Assembly (NCBI RefSeq): GCF_018350175.1
Contig: NC_058368.1
Span: 135,534,001 to 135,598,000, forward strand
Length of the DNA stretch: 64,000 bases
Direction of reading: 5' to 3'
From: Felis catus
Lineage: Eukaryota
The notes below the pieces were generated by a model. It did no database searches and was not told the DNA's origin. It saw nothing but the letters and a program-made list of their open reading frames with translations. Position numbers and translations under genes: made by a program. This document shows positions 51,508 to 61,734 of the stretch, one piece after another. Positions within the stretch are counted from its first letter, which is position 1, and the number at the start of each line of letters is the position of its first letter.

Positions 51508-52545
51508 GGGACGCCTGAGTGGCTCAGTCATTTAAGCATCCCACTTGGGCTCAGGTCATGATCTTGTGGTTCCTGAGTTCGAGCCCCACATTGGGCTCTG
51601 TGTTGACAGCTCAGAGCCTGGGGCCTGCTTCAGGTTCTATGTCTCCTTCTCTCTCTGCCCTTCCCCTGTTTGCGCTCTCTTTCTCTCTGTCTCTCAAAAA
51701 TAAATAAACATTTTTAAAAATTTTTAATAAAATAAAACATCTTTTAAAAATAGCAATGACACGGGGTGCCTGGGTGGCTCAGTCGGTTAAGCGTCCGACT
51801 TCGGCTCAGGTCATGATCTTGTGGTTTGTGAGTTCGAGCCCCACATCAGGCTCTGTGCTGACAGCTCAGAGCCTGAAGTCTGCTTCGGATTCCATGTGCC
51901 CCTCTTGCTCTGCCCCTCCCCTACTCATGCTCTGTCTCTCTCTGTCTCAAAAATAAATAAAACATTTAAAAAAAATGTTTTAAATAACAATGACATACAA
52001 AACGTTTTAACAATAAAATTGCCCCAAATCTTTGCCCTTTTATTTATTTTTTATTTTTTTTTATTTTTGGGGTATCAAAAAATACATTCCAAACTTTTAA
52101 ATAATACCCTTATTAAGATGTAATTCACAGGGCACCTGGGTGACTCTGTCAGTTAAGCATCCAACTTTGGCTCAGGTCATGATCTCACAGTTTCTGAGTT
52201 GAGCCCCATGTGGGGCTGTCAGTGCACAGCCCACTTGTCCCCTTCTCTCTCTGCCCCTCCCCGACTCATGCCCACTCTCACTCTCTCTCTCTCTCTCTAA
52301 AATAAATAAACATAAAAAAATTTTTTTCAGGGGCTCTGGGGTAGCTCAGTTGGTTGAGCATCTGACTTCAGCTCAGGTCATGATCTCATGGTTCATGAGT
52401 TCGAGCCCTGCATCGGGATCTGTGCTGACAGCTCAGAGCCTGCTTCAGATCCTGTGTCTCACTCTCTGTCTGACCCTCCCTGGCTCACATACTCTCTCTC
52501 TCTCAAAAATAAATAAACACTAAAAATTTTTTTTTTAATTTTTTA
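51318..52545 (+). mobile_element. Five Can-SINEs
   Basis: Heads at about 51318, 51508, 51762, 52129 and 52329; TSD AAGATGTAATTCA at 52115-52127 and 52546-52558. Confidence 0.9.
51464..51507. repeat. (TAA)n
   Basis: Direct reading; SINE tail. Confidence 0.95.
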
Positions 52546-54551
52546 AAGATGTAATTCATCTACCATCCAATTCTCCTATTTAAAGCATACAATTAAATGG
52601 TTTTCAGTATATTCACAGAGTTGTACAACTATCACCACAATCAATATTAGAACCTTTTTAGTGCCCCCAAAAGAAACACTACCCTTTAGCCATCACTCCC
52701 TAGCCTTAGGCAATCATGAACCTACATTATATATAGATTTGCTTATTGTGTACATTACATATAAATGGAATCATACAATATGTGCCCTTCTGTGATTGAT
52801 TTCTTTCACTTACATGTTTTCAAGATTCATCCATGTTGTAGCCTCTGCATAAGACTCTTACCAGACATATGGTTGCAAATATTTTCTCCTATTCTGTGAA
52901 TGATCTTTTCACTTTGTTGATAGTGCCCTTTTGAAGCACAAAATTTTTAATTTTAATGAAGTCTAACTTAATCTTCCTTTTGCATCTTTTTTTAAGTAGG
53001 CTCCACATGCGGCTTGAATTCATGACCCTGAGATTGAGTCAGATACTCTGCCAACTGAGTCAGCCAGGCACCTCTATCTTTTTCTTTTTCTTTTTTTTTT
53101 TTTAATCTTTTTATCTTTTTCTTTGGTTGCTTGTGCTTTTAATTGTTATAGCCAAGAAACCATGACCTAATCCAAGGTCACAAAGATCTATATCTATATT
53201 TTATTCTAACAGATTTATAGTTTTAGCTCTCAAATTTAGATTTTTAAATATTTGAAATTAATTTTTGTCCAAGGTGTGAGGTAGGGATTCAGATTCATTT
53301 TTTTGCTTATGAATATCCAGTTGTCCCAACACCACTTGTTGGGAAGATCATTCAACCTCCAATGAGTTCTCTTGGCACCCTTGTTGAAATCAATTGAGTG
53401 TTAAGTGTGAGGGTTTCTTCTTAGACTCTCAATTCTACTTCTTTGATTTATATACCTATTCTTATGCCAGTGGCACACAATTTTGATTATTGTATTTTTG
53501 TAGTACGTTTTGAAATTGGAAAGTGTGAGTCCTCCAACTTTGTTCTTTTTCTGTATTATTTTGGCTATTTTAGGTTCCTTGAATTTCCACATAAATTTTA
53601 AGATTAGCTTGTCAATTTCTTCAAAAATCCAGCTAGAATTTTTACAGGGATTGTATTGAATCTGTAAATCAATTTGGGGAATATGCCCATTTCAATAATA
53701 TTAAACATGAACATGGACACCTTTCCATTTATTTATGTTCTCTTTAGAAAATTTTGTAACATTTATTTTTGAGAGAGAGAACAGAGAAAGCACAAGTAGG
53801 GGAGGGGCAGAGAGAGGGAGACAGAGGATCCAAAGCAGGCTCTGCACTGTGAGCACAGACCTCGATGTGGGGCTCAAACCCATGAACTGTGCTATCATGA
53901 CCTAAACTGAAATCAAGAGTTGGCTGCTGGGGTGCCTGCATGGCTCAGTGGGTTAAGCATCCGACTTCAGCTCAAGTCATGATCTCACAGTTCATGAGTT
54001 TGAGCCCCACATCAGCCTCTGTGCTCATAGCTTAAAGCCTGGAGCCTGCTTCAGATTCTGTGTCTCCCTCTCTCTCTCTGCCACTCCCCCACTCATGCTC
54101 TGCCTCTCTCTCTCTCGCTCTCTCTCTCAAAAATAAAAATAAACCTTAAAAAAAAAAAAAGAAAGAAAGAGTTGGCTGCTTAACCCACTGAGCTACCCAG
54201 GCATCCCAACTTAGGTTTTCTTTAATTGTTTTCAACATGATTCACAGTTTCAAAATATATATTTTATACCTCCTTTAGTTAAATTGATTCCTAAGTATTT
54301 TATTCTTTTGATGCTATTATAAATGGAATTGTTGAATTGTTTTCCTAATTTCATTTTTGGATTGTTCATTACAAACATTTAGAAATGGGCACATGGGTGG
54401 CTCAGTCAGTTAAGTGTCTAACTCTTGATTTCTTTTCTGGTCAGGATCTCACTGTTCTTGATATGGAGCACTGTGTTGGACTGTGCACTGACAGTGAAGA
54501 GCCTGCTTGGGATTCTCTCTCTCCTTCTTTCTCAGCCCCTCCTCAACTCAT

Positions 54552-54603
<52 letters not shown>

Positions 54604-54795
54604 AAAATAAATAAACTTAAAAAAATGTAGAGAAATGAAATTTATTTTTGTTTATTGATCTTGCATCCTGTAGCCTTGCTCAACTTGTTTATTTCTACCA
54701 ATTTTTTTAGTGAGTTCCTCATATTTTCTGCATGTAAGATCATGTCATCTATAAATACCAACACCTTTACTTCTCTCTTTCCAGTCTGAATACCT
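52090..54795 (-). mobile_element. Older L1M(B)-type LINE-1 3' portion, fragmented by SINEs
   Basis: ORF 53401-53592(-) WKFKEPKIAKIIQKKNKVGGLTLSNFKTYYK is L1 ORF2-like; L1M 3'UTR-like sequence at 52550-52850. Confidence 0.85.
53750..54626. mobile_element. SINEs within the old L1: minus host with nested + SINE (53929-54166), plus a + SINE at 54387
   Basis: TSD AAGAGTTGGCTGCT at 53915-53928 and 54167-54180. Confidence 0.92.
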
Positions 54796-54911
54796 CAAGA
54801 CTCCTGAATACCCACACCCCTCATGATAGTGTACTATGAATTTTTCTAATTAAATGATAAGTAAAATTTGGGTGGGGGGAAGATGTGGCAAGAACCACGA
54901 AGGGACTAAGA

Positions 54912-55384
54912 TGTTACTGTGCTTGCAAACACAATTAGCCTGCCACAGTTTCCTGAAGCCAGCAGAAGTCTGACCAAGACTCCTGGATCAGAGACAAAGG
55001 ACTTTGTTAACCACACAGGTAACATGAACCTCACGTTTGCACCACTTCGTCTTGCCTCCCGCACCTTCAAATCCCATGAGGGTGATGCCTCACACCCTAA
55101 GTAGTTGTTAAGCATGCAACTGAAAGTTTAGGAAATTCCAGTCCTTTTTGAAGAGTCTGCTAGCCAACCTCCCCAACCCTTGTCTTAGAGTGAGCCTTTA
55201 TCTTTTTTATCCTGATCAGCAATAAATCTTCCCTCTGCCCCAAAAGGAGTTATTACCTCTACCTTCCAAGGCTGTTTGCTATACAAACATCCTTGAAAAC
55301 ATAGTCTCTAACAAAGGCTGTCAATGCCTTTGCTGAAAAGACACGCAGAAACACAAAAGGCCTATACAGAACTGTCTTTCGGCA
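54912..55384. mobile_element. Probable old LTR element
   Basis: TG...CA-bounded segment of about 470 bp with LTR-like composition; family not recognised. Confidence 0.35.
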
Positions 55385-56790
55385 AGATTCTTTTCAGTTT
55401 GTTTTCCCCCAAAGTGTGTTGCTATCAGCTGAGTTTCTCATCAGTTTGAGAAGAAAGATAATACTGTGTTTTCCTCCACTTTGGAATATAAGTGGTACTG
55501 GCACATAGTAGGCCTTCATTAAATATTTCCTTTTTGACAGCTGGGTGGATGAATGGATAAATGGAAGGATAAATTCCTGAAACACATGGGGCATAATTAG
55601 TGAATGAATTCTTGAATGAAACTTCAAGATTCACGATAAAATTCTGATCTGCTAGTTGAAAATGTGCAAATATGAACTATATCTCTCCATCTCCTCATTT
55701 GCATCCTCCTCGTCACTCCTGTAGATAGTGTTTTTCATTTTTAACTGCCCACATTTAATGTCTGCTAAAAACATTACACACAGTCCCTAACTGCTAAGAA
55801 CTCAAATCCTTAAAACAACACACTACTTCCCTGTATAGCTTTGCAATGGTAGTGTGGAGCCCGTTATCTCTGAGAATATCGATATCAATACCTCTGAGAA
55901 TTCCAACCCCAACCTGCTTCCTACCCTGGTCAGGACAGATATGGAATTACTGAACATTGTCTTACTTTCCTTTTCTGATATCAAATAGAGGATAAAAATA
56001 TGTTTGGCATCAGATAAAGTCCTGATAAAGTGTGGGTGTGGGGAAGCTTTCTCCACTAAGGTGCAACATATTAGGAGTTGATTTTTAGAAGCATGGTACT
56101 GTTTCTTGATCTAAAGTAAAAAGCACTTAACAAAATCTATGTGCAGCTTACTGTTAGTCAGGGTTTGGTACCATATCAGCCGTACCATTCAGTGTTCTTA
56201 ATTGCAAACCACCACCTCCAGTCTGACTAGTTCATGCAGGAATGTATCAAGGGATATTGGGTAATTCATGGAACCTTTGTAGGACCAGAGAGCCAGGCTT
56301 TGCCACTGGGCAACCAGAAGCAAGGTCCAACCACACCAGGGGGTCACTCGGCCAACAACACCACGGTCACTGCCGCTTGGTACCAGTGACCCCTAGGAAT
56401 GGACACCAGAAGTTCTGCCATTGATGCTTTCAAAGTACTAAATGCCTCCTCCAGAGAAGAAAAAAAGTGTCCCCACTTGCTGCTTTCTCAGCTGAACTTA
56501 AGTCACACTTGAATATGTCTGACTGATGAGACCCAGGTCATATACCAGAACCCTTGCTTCAAGGAAGTCTAGGCTATGAGTTTTCTGGTTTCAACATTGG
56601 GACGGTAGAACACAGCACGTGGAAAATGACCAAAATATGTGTAATCTTATAGTGGATACTGTCAGTAAGGCCTTTGCCTATGTGCCCTTGGATCCCTTTC
56701 CCATTATTACACATGCAAGGAGCACTCCTAACAACCAGTACCATCCTCTCATTGTCAGAGAACTCCCAAAATATCCCAATTCCCTTGCAT

Positions 56791-57377
56791 TATGGTCTGA
56801 ATGTTTGTATTCCCCCAAGATTCATATGTTGAAATGCTAACCCCCAAGGTGATGATATTAAGAGTTGGGTCTTAGGGAGGTTATTAGGTTATTATGCTCT
56901 GCCCTCATGATTCAGATTAGTGTCTTTATTTAAAAAAAAAAACACACATAGATGGGACACCTGGGTGGCTGTCAGCTGAGCATCCGACTTTGGCTCAGGT
57001 CATATCTCATGGTTCATGGGTTCAAGCCCCACACTGGGCTCTCTGCTGTCAGTATGGAGCCCATATCAGATCCTCTGTCCCCCCATCTCTCTGCACCTCC
57101 CCCACTCACACTCTCTCTCAAAAATAAAAAAATAAACATTAAAACAAACAAATACATAAAAAACACACAGAGAGCTAGCTCACCTCTCCCACCATGTGAG
57201 GACACAGCAAAAAGGTGACACCAGGAAGTGGATTTTCACTAGATACTAACACTGCCACTGCCAGCATCTTGATCTGGGATTTCTCAGCCTCCAAACCTAG
57301 GAGAAATAAATGTGTGTGGTTTATAAACCACCCAGTTTATGGTACTTTTGTTATAGCAGCCCAGATGCACTAAGACA
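56791..57377 (+). mobile_element. MLT1A LTR with SINE insertion (56954-57165)
   Basis: TATGGTCTGAATGTTTG...GAAATAAATG...ATAGCAGCCCAGATGCACTAAGACA. Confidence 0.8.
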
Positions 57378-57937
57378 GCTCACCGCCATCAGGACCTTCT
57401 GAGGTGTGATCTTCACGGTATCCAAGCTCCCCAGTGGGACTTTTCCTGATATCACATCCTTACTTGTCTTTCTTTCCTGTTCTCCTCCCCACTCTCCAGC
57501 TTTTCCTGGGAATATTTACTAGTAAGTCACTTTTATTCAAATTCTTACCTCAGAGTTTGCTTCTGGGAAATGCAACAAGTACCTGAAAGTGGACCTAGAA
57601 TATGGTAAGCACTCAACAAAATTCATTGGAAGGAAGGAAGCTGGTGCTAAGTTGCCCCTTATGACAACGTCCACCATATTCTTTAATCAAGATTCCCACC
57701 AGTGGTTTATGAAACAGGCACTCCCCATCTGGTTCTCTTACTACATTGGAATCAGTTGTCACTCATGCGATCAGGAAGAAAGGAGTAAAACAGCTGACAC
57801 TGAAGGGCACTTTGCCATTCTAGGGGGTAGTCTTGCCTTACTAGTTATATAATAACTGACAATTTACTTAACCCTTTTTGGGTTTAACTCTGCAGCATAA
57901 AATAATGCCAACCTTGAAAGGATCTCAAAATTAAATG

Positions 57938-58064
57938 AGGGGCATCTGGGCAGCTCAGTCGGTTAAGCCTCTGATTCTTGTTTTCTGCTCAGGTCATGAT
58001 CTCATAGTTTGTGAGTTTGAGCCCCACATTGGGGTCTGCACTGACAGTGTAGAGCCTGCTTGGG

Positions 58065-58123
<59 letters not shown>

Positions 58124-59180
58124 AATAAATAAATAAATAAACTTTAAAAATATTAATAAAGAAAAATTAAATAAGAGATTACCTGGTTCTTAGAAGAGCC
58201 ACTCCAAAAATTTAGTTCCCTTTCTTGCTCCTTCCAGATGATGGACAGTGAAAGTGAAAGAAAATGTTTCAGCTCCATATTTGTCCCTGTGTGCAAATGA
58301 GTCAAATGTAGATTAAAAAATAAAAGCTGGGAGGGAGAAGTCTCAGCCTTCCCAGGCTAGCATGAGTTGGCTGTGCCAAAGAGGAGATGACCTACATGAT
58401 CATGAGATTGGTTACACACAAGAAGACTGAGAAAATAAGGCAGTATATTGAGGATAACGGGAGCCATGTTTCTCATTCTCAGGGAAGAGAGGTAGAAATA
58501 CAAGGGGAAAGTCTAGAATGAAACATCTACAGTTGGATTGTAATTGGAGGTATCAGTGTGAATTCCTGATTGATTCAAGTTTGTAATGGAGGCCCTTAAG
58601 AGTAATGGAAAGAGCGCCTGGGTGGCTCAGTTGGTTAAGCATCTGACTGCAGCTCAGATCATGATCTCACAGTTCATGAATTCAAGCCCTGCATCAGGCT
58701 CTCTGCTGTCTGCACATAGCCTGCTTTGGACCCTCTGTCCCCTCTCTCTCTGCCCCTCCTGTGCTCTCTCTCTCTCCTCTCTCAAAACTAAACAGACATT
58801 AAAAAAAAATTTTTTAAGAGTAACAGAAAGCCACTGAAAGACTGCAGGGTGAAATGCAGTGGGGTAGGCAGTTCATTATAAGGTTTGCATTAGGAAAATA
58901 TTACCATACTATGACAAAATTGTGGAAAACAGATTGGATAACGTAAAAGACTGAACTTGCAAAATGAGTAAGGGGTTACTGTGGTGTCTGGGTGGCTCAG
59001 TTGGTTAAGCTTTGGCCTTCAGCTCAGGTGAGCTTGAGTCCCACGTCGTCAGGCTCTAGACTGACAGTTCAGAGCCTGGAGCCTGCCTTGGATTCGGATT
59101 TCTGTGTCTCCCTCTCTCTCTGCCCCTCTTGCTCACTCTGTCTCTCAAAAATAAATATTTTTTTTACTTAAAAAAAATTG
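57938..59180 (+). mobile_element. Three separate Can-SINEs (57938, 58613, 58983)
   Basis: Heads, (CT)n and A tails. Confidence 0.88.
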
Positions 59181-59660
59181 GAATGGGTTACTAATGTGGC
59201 TGAAACAAAAGTTAATGGTAGCCTAGACTTGATGGTGGTAATAGAAATGGAAAAATTTAGATTGATTCAAGAAATATTGAGAAGGTAAAAAATGACATGA
59301 ATTGGTGATGGATTCAATATAGATCACAAGGGGAGGTGTTCAATATGATAGCTAAGTTGTTGGTTTGCTGAGCTAAATAAATGATGCCGTTCAGTGAGGT
59401 AGAAAACATTAGAAGAGAATCAGGTTTATGGGAAAGATCACGCACTGACTTTGAAACATAAAGAACTTGAGCTTCCTTTGAGACAACCATTGTGGAGTTC
59501 ACAAAATCAACAAAAAGGAATGTTTCAAGAAAAGAGTTCATCTATGTCGACAGCTTTAGAGGGGTGAGGTAATATATGGCTCAAAAATATCCATGAGAGA
59601 GCTATTTCAGGGTACTGATGGATGGAGAAGCCAGGTTGAAATGGATTGAGAAGTGACCAA
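58840..59660 (-). mobile_element. L2 fragments (SINE-interrupted)
   Basis: Purine-rich L2-like stretches (ATGATGCCGTTCAGTGAGG; GGAGAAGCCAGGTTGAAATGGATTGAG). Confidence 0.55.
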
Positions 59661-59944
59661 AGGGAAATAGCATAGAGGCACTTGTCCTTCCACTACAACT
59701 TCCACAGTTGTAGGAAATGTCCTTATATCGGCCTAAAAGAAAAGTGCCATAATTCTAACCAAATCAGAAATATCAAGTGAATTCAAGCTCACACACGTGT
59801 CATGTTACCTCGTTTTCTAGGCTCCAAAAGAATGGAACTTGCTCTAGAAAAACAATAGTTACTTGTTAACACTACCACTCTAATTGGAAAATAAAAATTC
59901 TACAAAAATTGCTACAGAAAAGTCACTTGGAGTCACTTTAGCTT

Positions 59945-60417
59945 CTTTTTTAATGAATTTTTTTTTTTTAGTGTTTATTAGTTATTTTTGAGAGAGAGAG
60001 AGAGAGCACGTATCTGCAGGAGGGGCAGAGAAAGAGGGAGACAAAGGATCTGATTTGGGCTCTATGCTGACGGCAGAAGCCCAATGCAGGGCTCAACTCA
60101 AGAACCATGAGATCATGACCTAAACCAAAGTCAGATGCTTAACCAACTGGACCACCCAGGCACCCCTGGAGTCACTTTAGCTTTTAAGGTCATGCATTCC
60201 AGGGGGCGGCGAGGTGGTTCAGTAGGTTAACTGTCCAACCTCAGCTCAGGTGATGATCTTGCGGTTCTTGAGTTCAAGGCCCGTATGGGGCTCTGGGCTG
60301 ACAGCTCTGATCCTGCAGCCTGCTTCAGATTCTATATCTCCCTCTCTCTGTCCCTCTCCTGCTGGCACTGTGTGTGCAATCTCTCTCAAAAATAAACATT
60401 GAAAAAAAATTTTTTAA
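59945..60417. mobile_element. Head-to-head Can-SINE pair
   Basis: Minus copy with TSD TGGAGTCACTTTAGCTT; plus copy from 60202 with TSD-like GTCAT(G/C)CATTC. Confidence 0.9.
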
Positions 60418-61336
60418 GTCATCCATTCTTGTGTGTTCTATATATGGGATGTGTCATCCCACAGTGCTTTCCTCCCATATCTAAAATCTTATCCAAGTTT
60501 CAGGTCAAGTTCTGTCTATCAGTGAGTCTTTTCTAGGTATAATCATATCACACCTTATTTGGGAAACCTTAGCATTTGTGCCTTTAACCTTTACTGTGGT
60601 GAACCAGGCCTTGCTCGCAAACTGCTAAATATTTCCACAATAGATTATGAAGCCAGAGCAGGCACAGACAGTGATTTCTCAATCTTTTATAGGTTATTAA
60701 GACTTTTTATGTATATTCAAATTAAGTACAGTATTGTAAACCGCTCCAAACTCCATCTCCCAACCCAGTCCACAAATTCCCCTATGAGTAATAATAACAG
60801 TTAACATTCACTGATTACTGTGTACCTTTCAAAATGTTCTAGACATTTTCACATAACATATAATCTTCCCAACAACCCTATGACATACATATTTCTATCC
60901 CTATTTTACAAATAAGAAAATTGAGGCACAGAAAGGCCAAGTGACCAATTATTAAGTGGCAGAGTTACAATTGAAACTGACACAAGAGCTCACGTTCCTA
61001 AATTTTTAGCAACAGAAAAAAAAAAAAAAACCCTAATAATGCCTGGTCCTTCCTACCCAATATTTACTGATGTACCAGGATTAAGTAGCATAGTCTAGCA
61101 GCCAAATTTTAAAAGATACTGTATTGTATTTGATCACACATTGTCCATTTTCTATGCCTTCTTCCGCGGTGCTACAAGAATCGGCTGTATTCCTGACGGC
61201 ACAGAGGTGGCGCTGCAGGGACAGGTAAGCGCGATGGCAGCGTCAATACGAGGAGCTGATCCCGAGAAACGATCCGATCCCGTCACCCGTGTAGGCGGTG
61301 CCTAAGGAAGGGCAAGAGAAAGCGACTGTTCTGTTA

Positions 61337-61348
61337 TGCGCAGGCGCA
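61337..61348. promoter_or_regulatory. NRF1-type site TGCGCAGGCGCA (second copy GCGCCTGCGC at 61565-61574)
   Basis: Match to the NRF1 GCGCAxGCGC consensus inside a CpG-island promoter. Confidence 0.65.
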
Positions 61349-61356
61349 GGGCTGGG

Positions 61357-61372
61357 CACTCCCCCGGGAGTG
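61357..61372. promoter_or_regulatory. ZTRE (zinc transcriptional regulatory element) palindrome CACTCCC-CC-GGGAGTG
   Basis: Perfect 7-bp inverted repeat with a CC spacer; identical to the element described in the human SLC30A5 promoter. Confidence 0.88.
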
Positions 61373-61389
61373 AGGGCTGCTGGGCCCGA

Positions 61390-61397
61390 TGACGTGG
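61390..61397 (+). promoter_or_regulatory. UPRE / XBP1 site TGACGTGG
   Basis: Exact UPRE consensus 17 bp downstream of the ZTRE; ZnT5 is known to be ER-stress inducible through an XBP1 TGACGTGG site. Confidence 0.8.
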
Positions 61398-61500
61398 TCT
61401 GGCAACGTCCGCTCCGGTGCGCCTCGGGGGAGCCCGGCGCCGCCGGAACTGCCCGCGGCCTAGTCCCGACGCGCGTGTGCTAGTGAGCAGGAGCCGGGCA

Positions 61501-61518
61501 CGGCGGCGGCGGCGGCGG
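61501..61518 (+). repeat. (CGG)6 in 5'UTR region
   Basis: Direct reading. Confidence 0.9.
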
Positions 61519-61551
61519 CCTGGCCTGTGGGGACCCGAGGGGGCCGCTATC

Positions 61552-61563
61552 ATGGGGGAGTGA
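61552..61563 (+). other. uORF1 (M-G-E-stop) in SLC30A5 5'UTR
   Basis: ATC ATG GGG GAG TGA; A at -3 and G at +4 (strong Kozak). Assumes the TSS lies upstream. Confidence 0.6.

Positions 61564-61734
<171 letters not shown>

Larger units (their letters stand above)
44736..60624 (-). pseudogene. Candidate decayed multi-exon gene or spliced divergent transcript, head-to-head with SLC30A5 (tentative)
   Basis: Minus-strand AG/GT-bounded segments in unique-sequence islands that join in compatible phases with few stops (see findings); no recognised homologue; sites were hand-picked. Confidence 0.3.

Noticed and set aside
1158..58837. Many ORFs sharing '[44 protein letters not shown]' that look like a gene family
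   Set aside because: They are translations of dispersed Can-SINE copies, not genes.
1168..60300. tRNA-like A/B-box sequences (TGGCTCAGTCGGT..GTTCGAGCCC)
   Set aside because: SINE heads followed by (CT)n and A tails with TSDs; not tRNA genes.
61199..61215. CTCF-like GCACAGAGGTGGCGCTG near the promoter
   Set aside because: Only the 3' half matches; the core CC..AG spacing is poor.
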